DNA of 64,000 bases from Lytechinus pictus. Lineage: Eukaryota. The notes under the pieces are model-generated. The model did no database searches. It worked only from the letters and a program-made list of their open reading frames with translations, and was not told the DNA's origin. Each line of letters begins with the position of its first letter. Position 1 is the stretch's first letter. Location of the stretch: positions 248,001 to 312,000 of the forward strand of contig NW_026974140.1 of NCBI RefSeq assembly GCF_037042905.1, written 5' to 3'. The position numbers and the translations under genes are program-made. This document shows positions 52,129-64,000 of the stretch, piece after piece.

Positions 52129-52484
52129 GTAATGTAACTCTTTTGTTGATTTTTTTTTCTATTTTTGAATGCATTCGCAATAATGGGTTTATCTAAGCAA
52201 GTTTAGAACACAACAGGATCTTTTAGAATCTTCTTATTTTGATTAGTTTAAGACATTCTGATTCCAAATTGCTTGAAGTTCCTAAATCAAACAAATCATG
52301 GGGGTCGGTCATTTGCACATGTGGGACCTTCCTTGTGGAATAAATTGTCATATTTCATTCATATAATTTAAAACATCAATTACTTAATAATCGCTCGAAT
52401 TTTTTTTTATTTAGTATTGCCTTCAAGCAGAATCCTTTTTATTTTTAGAATTGTGTTTCTTTTATCCTTTGTCTTTTTCTGCGT

Positions 52485-54014
52485 CATTAGGTCAATAACA
52501 TTAGTCTTAACGAAATAAATCTTTGGTAACAAGCTGATTTACTTCATGATTTATCCAGGAATATATCAGGAAAAACATACCTAAAGTTTTGACAAATCAT
52601 CGGGGGGGGGGGGGGTCGTAATTAAAGATGGCGTCCAAAATGACAACCTTTTACAGAAAACGGACAAAAATTGACTTATCATCCACGCCTTATGCAACAA
52701 AAAATTGGTGCATATTCAATATTCAGGGAATACAAATATTTGTTAATACAGGTTAGAGTGAACATCAGCAGACAGGGTACCTGAAAATCCAAGATGGCGG
52801 CTAAAATTAACTTCCGAAGCCTAAAAATCCACAATTTATTTATTACTTTATTGTCATTAATTTCCTTTTTATTCAATGGTATTATTACATTAGTATATAC
52901 AGTGCGTCCCAGAAAAAACGAAACCGAGATTTAGCGATGATTTATCATAACTTAATCATAAATAAAATAGACAAATGACATACCAATTTAAAGCTTAGAA
53001 TCTCCTCTTTCATCTTGTATTACTTAGATTATTCCTCATTCACGCATAATTGAGCAAAAACAATTCGAAGAAAGGATGCCAAAAACTCATTTGGCGGGGG
53101 GTATCTGATTTTCAAAAAGAAAATCACATGACTAAAAAGTTCAATATCTCCTCTTTTCTTTGATACCTAAATCACAGAAAATGGTCAGGTAGTAAAAAAG
53201 TTATGATCCCTCGAAACAATGCTTGTATTTCCATTATTTCATTTAAAATAAACGTATTTTCACCGGTTTCCCACTGAAGCTATCGCACGGTAACAAAAGA
53301 CTTAATGCATGGCTGATCGTCAACAAAACGGAGTTTCGAGTGAGTGTGAACTCTAGCTTGTAAAAACCTCTTCATTTTATGAAATTATTGAAATTCAAGC
53401 CTTATTTCAAATAACCAGAACTTTTTTATTTCTTGACCATTTTCTGTAATTGAGGTATCAAATTAAAGAGCAGATATTGAACTTTTTAAAAATGTGGTTT
53501 TCTTTTTAAAACCCAGATACGGCCCGCCAAGTGATTTTTGGTATCCCCTTTTCAAATTGTTTTTGCTCACTCATGTGTGGATGTAAAATAATCTAAGTAA
53601 TTTCAGATGAAAGACGAGATTTTAAGCTTAAAAATTATAGGTCATTTGTCTATTGTATTTGCGATTAAGTTATGATAAATCATCGATAAATCTCGGTTTC
53701 GTTTTTTTGTGGGACGCACCGTATAATGTTGGTGTTTAATCCATGGTCTAAGGGGTCAAATAATGCATTAAGACAATTTTAAAGGACTGTCAGTGGCCCA
53801 GTATGCCCTAAAATCCAAGATGGCTTCCAAAATGGAGTCTAAATATTTTTTTTGTAAAGGGCGGCCAGTATGGACGCCATCTTTAATTACGGAAAAACAC
53901 AAATAATGATTTGGGAAGACTTATAGTTTGTTATTCTATACATATTCCTGGACTAATCCAGAAAATCAGCTTGTTACAGCAAATGTCATTTCTTAAGCCT
54001 TTTTTAGCCTAATG
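52485..54014. mobile_element. Older TIR element with ~150-bp diverged inverted arms and aagatggc motifs
   Basis: cattagg..gtaacaagctgattt..cgtaattaaagatggcgtcca versus tggacgccatctttaattacg..aaatcagcttgttac..cctaatg. Confidence 0.6.
52900..53721. mobile_element. Tc1/mariner-type MITE with long inverted arms
   Basis: ta|cagtgcgtcccagaaaaaacgaaaccgagattta ... taaatctcggtttcgtttttttgtgggacgcaccg|ta. Confidence 0.85.
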
Positions 54015-56420
54015 CTTTTGGCCTACAGTCATGTACTCTTATTTCCTTTTCACATCGCCAAGGGCACATAATCAATGTAGATTTAGTTCTTTAGAACTAC
54101 TCCAAGTCATTATCGTTATTATAGATAGCCTCTAAACGGATTGAATACTCTTGAAATAGCACTTGGCCCAAGACTGCTATTTCAGTAGCGTGTTTCGTTC
54201 TAACATACTTGTTTATACAAAATAATGTACAAAAAATCATAAAAATGCTACATATTAAAATATTTGTTTGGTTTGATATCAAAATATCATGAAAACGTAT
54301 GGCCTCCAGTGAGTAAGAGCAGGGTCCTCCATCCAACCTTCACATTTGAGGGGATCATCTATTTTCAGACCTGTTATGTATCTTAGTAAACAACTATTAC
54401 GAGCACGAAGCACAGGCTTGAATTTAGGGAGAGCCAAAAGTTCGAAAGAGACATTCTTTTTTACTTTTTAATCATGATATAAATGGTATCTTCCTAAATA
54501 ATTAATGCCAGCGCGAAGCGCGAGCTGAATTTTTTGTCAAATTTCCAATTGTGACCATTCCGATAATATATATATATATATATTCTCCAATTTTGCAATA
54601 TCCTTATGCGAAACTAAGTCCTCATGGTATACTGCCCTCCACATGAACATAAAATTTGGTATAAAAGAAATTTACCTGTCTTCATTTTGCTCCAAAAAAT
54701 TGTTTCCAAAAAAATTACAATTGTGGATCTAGCTCCTTTTGCAAAAAAACTTAACAAACTCTTGACGAGAATTTTTTTTTTCCTTGTCATTCTTTTTAAC
54801 GTTTTAATGGAAATTTCAACAGTTCCTTAGTATCATCTAAGCGTATAAAAATCTATACTTTAGGACCCCCAAAAATCAAATTTTGTTAGAAATGAATTCA
54901 ACTCCTTTTGCAATTTAGCTCCTCAAAATAGCTTGTTTGCAAAAATGGAAAGATCCACTTTAGACAATTCCAAGAAAATATTTTATATTTTCATTCTCCC
55001 ATATTGCAATATTCGTATGCGAAACTTAATTGTCACCCGGCCATATAAAGATAATATTTGGGTATGGCATAAATCTTGCTGTCTTGATATTTCCTTTTTC
55101 CTATAAGAATGACCATTGTAGGTCTAGCCCCTTTTAAACACAAACTGAAATCGATCTAACACATTTTGAAAAAAATAGTGATTTTCCTTTGCCCCTTTTG
55201 CAAATGAAAACAATCACCCGTATTTCCAGAGTCGGCTGCTGAAAGCTGTTGTTTACATTTTTTGTTTACGGGGTAGTCTACGCTTACGTCTGTAGCTTAA
55301 AGTACATCTTAGTTTTTCTTACAAACATGATGATATATAACCAACAAAAAAGTAAGTCCCACTAAATCAAATTGCTCTAACTTTTGAACGGAATTATTTT
55401 GAGATATGATATCTCGTAGATGGTTTATTGCACTCATTAAGCAACTCCTGCATGGGGAAAAATTAGATTGATCGGTTGGGTCATGCATGAGTTATTAAAG
55501 ATTGAATTAAAATGACATTTTTTTTAGAGTCACAAGAGTTGTTTTTCAGATTGTGCAAATACAAAGTTGGGCAAAAGTTGTTTTTAAATGAATTTTGTGG
55601 TGTTATGCTGTTTTACTATCCATCATTTAGCCATTCCACACACAATTGTGATACGTTTGTTCATGGTTGAGTGAGCACAATGTATTGCAGTGGGCGCGGA
55701 AGCATGTAAAAATGTAAAAATGACCATACAATTGTGATTTTTTGCATGGTCAGCCCCCACCCCCACTTTGAAAACCGTTCCAAGGCCCCTGTCTTGTGAC
55801 GTATCATCATAGGGGTTTATTGTAGTATCGTCTACAACTTGTTCGATCATGTTAAAATGTGAAAATGTTGGTGGCTCTCCCGATTATAGGCCCCTCCCCC
55901 ATTTTAAAATTATGGATCCACCACTGATTTGTCCATAAATTAAACTGATCATGAGAAATTGTTAGGAAAATAATACATTTATGCAGTATAAAGAGTATTC
56001 ATTCCTAAGTTTTCAAATGTGCTCGCTCAACCATGAAAATGTTTAAAGTTCGGAAAGTGTGTGGTGATAGAAATTATGGATGATAAAAACAACAGCAATT
56101 AAAGTCACGTATGAAACTGAATTTTCCCCGAATATTCACTTTATTACCCTTTAAAATGAGTCTGTGACATTGAAAATACAAATTTTCCCACTTTGATGCA
56201 TGTTCACTTATCCACAGATAAACAAATCGATTTTATTTATGCACAGAATTCTGCCCATATGTTGTTAAACATTACTGCCAAAATGACATTGCTAAAGACA
56301 GCCTTGAAAAAAAAGTTCCACCATATTGAATAAGGGGCTACTTATTCTTAAACATATGCACCCATAATGTACACAAGTCTGCCAACAGTTATTTCATGAA
56401 ACCTCGCACATGACTTCAGG

Positions 56421-57034
56421 TACCCCGGGCGAAGTTCGTGCAGGCTCCACTCCACTACACTACCGCTACACTACGCTCCACCTACCCGAACTTCGGGACC
56501 ATGAACTCGATCAAATATTCCGAGTGACAAAGGTGGGATCAAAAAGTGGTTTATTGTAAAAATTATAGAAAAAATATAACGAGATAGAAAAATCAATTTC
56601 TTACTCTACACCCTTATTTAAAATACCAGAAATATTCTAAGAGTTTGGGAAAATATTCCCAGAATCAGTGGAATATTTTTTCAAACTCTTTAAATATTTA
56701 TGGTATTTTCTGAGCCATCCAATATAATAAACATTTATGCTGTTTGGCCTGCGACCGATCACATGCGATCTTTTGAAATCGGCCGTGAATAATACGTGTG
56801 AGGAATTAGATACTGGCCAAAAATCACAATTTTTTTGGATAACCGGATGATGGACACGGAGTGAAATAAGGGTGTATAGTTAAATTCTATAATTCTATTC
56901 TATAATTCTTACAATAAACCACTTTGGTTACTCGGAATAGCCTATCGAGTTCACGGTCCCGAAGTTCGGATAGGTGGAGCGTAGTGTAGCGGTAGTGAAG
57001 TGGAGTTGAGCCTGCACGAACTTCGCCCGAGGTA
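56421..57034. mobile_element. Palindromic MITE with ~150-bp GC-rich arms
   Basis: tacc(c/t)cgggcgaagttcgtgcaggctc..cgaacttcgggacc arms. The flanks gacttcag / ggcttcag resemble a degenerate TSD. Confidence 0.75.
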
Positions 57035-57584
57035 GGCTTCAGAGTAACACTATCCAAAAGGCGCGCACCCCAAAATAACCATTCGATACGGAACAAAGTG
57101 GGGCCAAGGCCTTGAACTTTCTTCTCATTTGCATAATTTTCGAATATTTTGTGCTCACTGATGCATTAAACATCGGGATTTTCATGAAAATCAAATCAAA
57201 TGAACTACGCAAGGATGTTTGTGACAGATATCCATAGTTACAAATTGCATATTTTCCAATAACGTAAAAAAGAACTAATCACATTTCACATGTTCATTCA
57301 CGCGTGAATGTTAAATTAAACGCCTTTGAATCATTGAGGCATTTTAATTGGTCATGAACATAACGAAAAAGTTAAGAAAATATACTTTTCAGTTACCAAA
57401 ATGAAACAATACTTGCCTATGGGCATTTTCACGGTAACTGACATTACATGGCACAATTTTTCACACCTTTCATTGTATGTATCTCCAAAACAACAATTAA
57501 TGGGAGTTTGCTTTTAATAGAGTTAATAAAGTGAACCTTGCTTTATATTCTGATACTAAGTTTTTCTATGTTACCACATTTTTT

Positions 57585-57687
57585 GGTTACAGCCCGATAG
57601 ACCGCGGGTCCGATAGACCGCGGGTCCGATAGTCCGCGGGTCCGATAGACCGCGGGTCCGATAGTCCGCGGGTCCGATAGTCCGCGG
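57585..57687. repeat. 16-bp tandem repeat (gtccgatag(a/t)ccgcgg x6), probably a foldback-element terminus
   Basis: Period 16 from 57596, preceded by ttttt|ggttacag. Confidence 0.8.
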
Positions 57688-57894
57688 TGTGTGTAAAATT
57701 ATGATCAGGATATAGCGAGATCCAATGTCATCAAGAGGTCAAAAGGCCAATGATACGAGTCCATGGGGTTCTATAACGATGACCCAAAGGACAATCGCCC
57801 CCTGACATATCTACTTCAAGGAAAATATTATCCCCATATTTTTTTCGTGCAGGGATTGTTACCCCCCCCCCGGAAATTTACCTTCTAGACGCCA

Positions 57895-58600
57895 TACGGA
57901 GCCTCTAAAATGCCATCGACTTGACGACATGGCGAAATACTTTATCTTGCCTTGTCGACTAAATAAGCTTATTATGTCCGCATGGCGTGATACGTTATCC
58001 TGCCAAGTCAGTCCACTTATAAAAAGTTATATGTCAACATGGCGAGATATTTTATCTTGCCAAGTCGACTTAAATAAGTTACATGTCAACAAGGCGATAT
58101 ATCGGGATTCTCGCCGGGACTTGTACACTTCATATCTCGCCATGTGGACATATCGACTTGACAAGATAGAATATGTCGAAATAATAAGCGTATTAATTAC
58201 TTAGGAGGTGGAAGCGGGGGGGGGGGGTATTTCCCCTCTAAATTTGAGGTGGGGGACGGTCCCCCTAGATTTTTAGTTGAGAACCTTTTTGTTTGCTTGT
58301 CAATTTGTTTTCTACGTCCCCCCCCCCCCCTAAATTGAGGTGGGCCCCCCTAAAATCTTTTTGTCCCCCCCCCCCTAATTTTGGTTGATAACCTTTTTTT
58401 TTTCTTGTCAAGAAATTTTGGTCGTCCCTCCTATAAATTTTGGTTGATTTACTTGTCAAAATTTTTACCTGTGTCCATCCCAAAATTTCAGGTGGACCCC
58501 CTAAATTTTTTTGCCTTCCGCCACCAATGATTAATTAAGACATGGCAAGATAAAGTACCACGCCATGTCTTCACGTTGATGGCATTTTCAAGGCTCCGTA
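57895..58600. mobile_element. TAC..GTA MITE (IS3EU-like termini) with gacatggcga repeats
   Basis: tacggagcct..aaaatgccatc / gatggcatttt..aggctccgta. No TSD visible. Confidence 0.6.
58200..58529. mobile_element. hAT-type MITE (innermost layer)
   Basis: Degenerate TIRs cttaggaggtggaag / cttccgccaccaatg and an 8-bp TSD attaatta (58192-58199, 58530-58537). Confidence 0.75.
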
Positions 58601-58750
58601 CTAGGGGTAATTATCCGGGGTAATTGTCTGGAGAGTAAATTTCCGGGGGGGGGGGGTAACAGTCCCCGGCGGTAAAAATATGGGGATAATGTTTTCCTTG
58701 AAGTAGTTGTCAGGGGGTGATTGCCCTAATTGGGTTATTGTTATAGAACC

Positions 58751-61720
58751 CAGGCGCGGATCCAGGATTTCGTGGGGAGGGAGGGGGGGGGGATTTGACC
58801 TGATTTTTGGCGCCCATGTGTACTTTTCGAAAAATGGCGCCCACTCCCTCCTGGCCAGGCTAACTTAAGTGCCTTAAATGGATTTTGAATTATCTTATAA
58901 TCACATAAAAAAAAAAAAAAGACCACTTTTTCATGTATTCTATAAAAAAAAATCCATCAATACATAATGTGATATCAATGGGAGCGCGAAGCACGAGCGA
59001 TTTATTTTTGGGGGAAGGTTCAATTTGGTTTAACTTCTAACCAGAGTAGGCCCTACTAGAATATTGTGTGAACGGGAGCTGTAGTTTCTGTACTGTTGAT
59101 TTAGAATACCCTTCAATAATATTAATGATAACCTCTTGGGAATAATGCAATCTCGAAGCAATTCTCCTCATCAGTGGCGTATTTATTCAGCATGGGTGCA
59201 CGGGGGGGGGGGGGGGTGGCGACGGCACCAAGTTAAAAAAAATAAATGAAGTGGGAGGGGGGTAGACGTTAAAGAAAATCTGAGATTTCATTGTCAAAAA
59301 CACATTGAGGAATCCCACATGGCCTAAATAAATAATGAGAACGCGAAGCGCGATCTGATTTTTAAAAAAATATTTTTCATGTATTATATCCTGAAAGCCT
59401 AAGTCAGGGGCGGACCCAGCTTCCGCCAATAGGGGGAGGGGCCATTTTTTCACCCATATTTTCCCCGATCGGCCGCACAAAGTTGATTTTTTTTCTTTGA
59501 AGGGGTTGTCCCAGTGCCGTAATGAGCCAACAATTTCGAGGGGGCTCGATATGGTGTATCGCATGAAATTAATAAGAAGTTGCCAGTGAGCGAAGCGATC
59601 AAGCAAATATGCCGACATTTTTATTACAAAAATACAAGGTTGTGATAGATTTTGACATAATATTTGGTAAATAATAATATATTTCATCCTAATCCATTTC
59701 CTTTTCTCTCTATTTTTTCTTAGTCTTGATTCTCTCTTTTTTTTTTTGGGGGGGGGGGTGGGCAAAACGCCCGTGTGCTAACAGTCATTTCCTAGCTTTA
59801 TTTTATAAGCCACATAAATGTGTAATAATCTCTTAAGCCCTATGTAATCTAAAAATGAAATGTCATGTATTTTGTCCTGAAAATTGAACATTTTGGGCAA
59901 TGTTTGTGAACCTGAACAGGACGCGTATGTAACTAGATAATTACCACGAGCGCGAAGCGCGAGCAGAAATGTAAAATATTCTTTATGGCCTGGTCGAAAA
60001 GGGACCTGTTAAGGATGTTTTGTAGTTAGCCATTAAGACGATACATATTTCAACGATTAAATAATGCGAGCGCGAAGCGCGAGCTGAACATTTTTGATAT
60101 TCCAACCTAAAAAGATGAGATTTCAAATCCCCCTATTGGACATTCGTTTCATGTATGTCAATCATGAAAAAGCATGGGTAATTTTTGGTATCTTTTTACA
60201 ATAATAATGCGAGCGCAAAGCGCGAGCAGAAAATTTTTGATATTCTGATCCGAAACTGGATAATTTTAGCACATTTTGAATAAGATCAAGCTTTGTATCT
60301 CAAAAAACATGCGTGCGCGTGTTTTAGAGTTCGACAGAATCCTGGCAATCTGAATACATTTCATTTTTCATCATAAAAATCAATAATGCGAGCGCAGAGC
60401 CCGAGCTGAAAATAATATTTGAAATTCTGATATGAAAAGGGTCAATTTAAGCACTGTTTACAGCACTGTGTATATAGTGGAATTTGATAGCACTATATAA
60501 ATAATGCGAGCGCGAAGCGCGAGCTGATATTTTATTATTATTTTGACCTAGGATCGAGACATTTTAGGCCTAAGGACATTTTGTCATCATATAAGAATGA
60601 TGACTGTCTTCTATTTTTTTTCCTAAAACTTGTCGATATTTATTTCTGAAAAAGGGACAATTTAGTTATTATGAATTCATACAAATTTTATTTAATATTT
60701 ATTAATCTGTTAAGCCTAGTGTGTGAAATTTGTTGACAGTGCATGAGGCCTGAAAACTGGATATTTTAAGTATTTTTGTAATCATGAATAGGATTCATTG
60801 ATATATTTTTAGCAAATAATGCGAGCGCAAATCGCGATCCGGAATTTTTTTATGGGGGGATTTAAGTAGTTTGTTATAGAATTAATATATAGGTATACAT
60901 AACTCATCAATCAAAATGCGAGCGCACAGCGCTAGCTCATAGGCCTTTATTATTATATTTTTACAATCGAGACACCTGAAAAGGTATATTTAGAAAATCT
61001 TATATGAAATACAAAAAGACAATAGGAAGGCCTACTTGGCAAATAGTGCGAGCGCACAAATTAAATGTTGTAAATGTTGATTCAAACCATAAAACGGACA
61101 TTTTCCAGAGCACTTAAAAACATAAATTGGTAAAAAAAACAAAATAATGGAAGATCGATGTCCGAGCAGAATTTCTTTTGTATATTGATATCAAAACTTG
61201 ATATTTTAAACTACATATCAGCCTATTGAGCAAGATATGTATCTCATTGAACAGGCAATGCGAGCGCGATGCGCGAGCGAAACTTTAATATAGTGACATT
61301 AAATATTTTTTAAAATTGTTTTCCAAGTCTTCTCCTGACCTTATTTTATTCACTCGTCTTCCTCCTTTTATGTTTTGTCTTCTTTTTTTCTCCTTTCTTT
61401 CCCCCTTTTTTTCTTTCCCCGTTTTTCACAATTTATTTGCTCTGTCAATAGGGGGGGAGGTTGCCCTCGGGCCGCCTCAATCCGCCTATGTTAGTAGTTG
61501 TTATGATGAACATATGATGAAATATCTATTAAGAAATGAATGCGACCGCGAAGCGCTAGCTGAAAACTTTTATAATGATGAAATGAAAAATACATTTTCA
61601 GTTGTCAGTTTAGAATATCAAATATTTTCAACTTGTGCTTCTCGTTCGCACAAAAAACTGTAAGGTCGGGATGCGTATATAACTAAACAATTTATTGATG
61701 CCAGCGCGAAGCGCGAGCTC
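58751..61720. mobile_element. Stack of hAT-type MITE ends with a long array of gcgagcgcgaagcgcgagc motifs
   Basis: Left ends caggcgcggatcc (58751), cagtggcgta (~59172), caggggcgga (~59405) and cagtgccgta (~59511); right end tccgcctatg (~61490); more than 10 motif copies. Confidence 0.65.
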
Positions 61721-61730
61721 AATTTTTTAG

Positions 61731-62330
61731 ATAGATATGCACATGTACGGGTTAAGAGCGGACGCACGTACGTGTGCGCGCGCCTGCACAAGCTAGTATC
61801 CCACAATCCTTTGCGTGTATCATGACAACACAACGCCAATATTTCGATAATCAACGACAATATCCCAACAATCATTTAAAACGTTATTTTGTACCTTTTT
61901 GTGCTATTTTGTGCGTTTTGGAAGATATTGAAGAACTTTATGACAAGTTTGAGGTAAGGCAATAAGCATGCATATATTGCCAAGAACTATATAAACGAAT
62001 CGAAAGATATTGTCATTGACAAATCCATATACAGTAAGGAGAAAATGAAATATGCTAATGATTTCCTTTGTTGAATAAACTCTTAGAAATCTTTCTCTGT
62101 TAAGCGAATTAAATAAAATTAGGAAAAAGTGGTAAATAATGTCTTTTGAATTGATAATTCGATGAGAATTGTCCTTTTTTTGTTTACTTGCAGTAATGTG
62201 AAATGAGAATAAGTACCGTAATCGTATAATGCCTGGAGCTACAGGCGGGGCTGGCAGAGCAAGACATGAATTTATCCTTCCTTGACTTAGAGTGGAAAAA
62301 ATAAGATAGGTATTTACAAAATTGAGAAAG
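61731..62330 (-). repeat. Right (contiguous) arm of the inverted duplication
   Basis: The reverse complement aligns by eye to 48610-48980 joined to 51165-51347. The ORF track shows shared RFLRVYSTK..GFVND.IFR peptides on opposite strands. Confidence 0.85.
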
Positions 62331-63086
62331 AAAACAGAGTAATGTTTCTGATTTTTAATTTTATTCATAAGACGTCCTTGAGAATCAGAAAACAATGATT
62401 CATTAACTCTTTGAGAGCCATTGGCAGCTATAGCTGCCCATAGCCCTCTAGTGCCATTGGCAGCTATAGTTGCTCAAGTAACTTTTTTTTGTTTAACAAA
62501 TTTTACAGCCAGAAAATCAACACCATATTCTGTGTTTTTTATGTTGTTATATTGGCAAGGAATTCACAATTGATTTTGTCATATAAAAAATAGTGGTTTA
62601 CATAGACATCAGTTTTTTGAGTAAAATGGGATTTTTGCATCATTATTTTGAAGAGTTGATTTAGGATATTGCCGCGATCTGAATCAAGATTTTCCCTATA
62701 GACACGTGTGATATAAAAGTTGTGTGTAGCAATACACATACTTCTATGGGCAGAGCAGAGACGAGTGTGCGAAGGCATTCAGCTCGGAATTGACCAATGA
62801 CAGAGCGGTACGATGTCTCTCACCCAACGCTACTCGCCCATTCGCTATTGTTTTATGAATATTCATGAGCTATCGATTGGGTCTTTTGCAGGCCGGTATG
62901 GTAGTATTCTTGTGTCAAGGCTTTTTTCTGCCTGCAAATGTGCAAGGTTTGGGGAGATTTTTGGGGGGCGGGGAAAAGGTATTTTACTTTGTTTTTTTAG
63001 CATTCTCACAAAATTGTTCTCGTTATAAATATATGAGTAAAGAAGGCTGTCATTTCCAACTCTTGTCGCACTGCAATCATCACACT

Positions 63087-63257
63087 CATTATTTATTTAT
63101 TCATTTATTATTGTTATTATTATAATCATTATTAGTATTACTATTATCGTAATCATTATTATTGTTATTATTATAATTATTATCATTATTCTTCTTATTA
63201 TTATTATTAATGTTATTGCCATCAGAATCATCATCATCATCATTATGATTATTATTC
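63087..63257. repeat. Degenerate (ATT/ATC)n low-complexity microsatellite
   Basis: Runs of attatt and atcatc. Confidence 0.85.
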
Positions 63258-64000
63258 AAAAATAATTGTAATCATATCAATTGCATTCCTTCTGCAGCCA
63301 AACTCTCTTCATAAACTTAAGATCAGGTAAATAACGGTTCATATTCGTTTGTGTTTTTATAGCCCAATACATTATAAAACAATAATTACTGACATTGTTA
63401 TGCATATCAATATCATATTCAAGCTTCTTACAAAAATATGAATCGTTCAATATTCTCCTCTAATAAAATAGGAAGAAGCAAAAAAAAAAGTGATAATTCA
63501 AACGGCCGATAATACCGCTTTATTCTTCTCAAGATTTATTTTTTTTCAAGGTGGATGTTTTTCCTTTGCGAAATCAAACCATTGGTGAGAGAAAAGGTAA
63601 ACGGAGTATATACAGTAATATCAGATGTTTTGAGGAAAAGAAAGAAAGGGATATATTAAAAAAACCGATCAGACCGACCTGTTTGTTGCTGCATCATTGA
63701 CGTCACTATCAAGGGGATTTTAAAACGACTTAGAGAGTAGAAAATGAAAATGATAACGGGTTGAATATTACATTTTTTTATACCACGCATATTATTGTAC
63801 ACTATGTTATCTGACAAATTATTTCTTTTAGCTGGGGAGGCCCTGGGCGGATGCAGGATTTTTCTGTAGGAGGTCACCCATAATAAATCAATACCAGAAC
63901 TTTTGAAAGTATTCAAAAGTCAAATCAAAAGACGCGCGTGAGCCCCGATTTCTATGAACATCCTGTGCTAAATTACTCTCCTAGATAATAGGTCAGGAGG

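Larger units (their letters stand above)
57766..58751. mobile_element. MULE-like MITE (outer layer of a triple nest)
   Basis: gggttctataac..cttcaaggaaaa..tatccccatat..ccggaaattta versus the reverse complement at 58625-58751. Confidence 0.65.

Noticed and set aside
59187..59765. 192-aa minus-strand ORF
   Set aside because: Spans several MITE ends and poly-G tracts, with no protein-like motif.
59940..61720. CRISPR-like array (palindromic repeat plus spacers)
   Set aside because: Eukaryotic context, no cas genes, irregular 100-300-bp spacing, and spacers that share degenerate similarity with each other (tttgatattc..ctgaaaa..gacatttt).
63551..63596. Next CHST15-like exon after the ttttttcaag acceptor
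   Set aside because: The phase-1 reading hits a stop quickly and lacks the expected (D/E)AS.S motif. The next exon is probably outside the window.

Overview
AT-rich animal genomic DNA, not prokaryotic. The gene family and repeat types suggest an echinoderm such as a sea urchin (inference). The only host gene I can support is a + strand carbohydrate sulfotransferase 15-like (GalNAc4S-6ST-type) gene. Its PAPS-binding (5'-PSB) exon at 4493-4733 joins in phase to a 147-nt exon at 51982-52128 across a 47,248-bp intron. That intron and its flanks are a nested transposon graveyard: a decayed EnSpm/CACTA-like transposase, an intron-containing PIF/Harbinger element split by a foldback insertion, a near full-length CR1/L2-group LINE (ORF1 plus PHD-APE-RT ORF2), an LTR, a Helentron-type HINE, and many MITEs with readable TIRs and TSDs (hAT, Kolobok, Tc1/mariner, CACTA and Harbinger types). 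There are also several tandem arrays (153 bp x ~17, 1058 bp x ~5.7, ~900 bp x 2). The most notable observations are same-strand arrays of a GCGAAGC mini-hairpin motif inside hAT-type elements, an inverted duplication bracketing the symmetric 147-nt exon, an 18-bp P/Galileo-like footprint, and composite satellites built from transposon pieces. No intact novel protein-coding system, RNA gene or CRISPR array was found. All family assignments come from motif recognition by eye, not from database searches.
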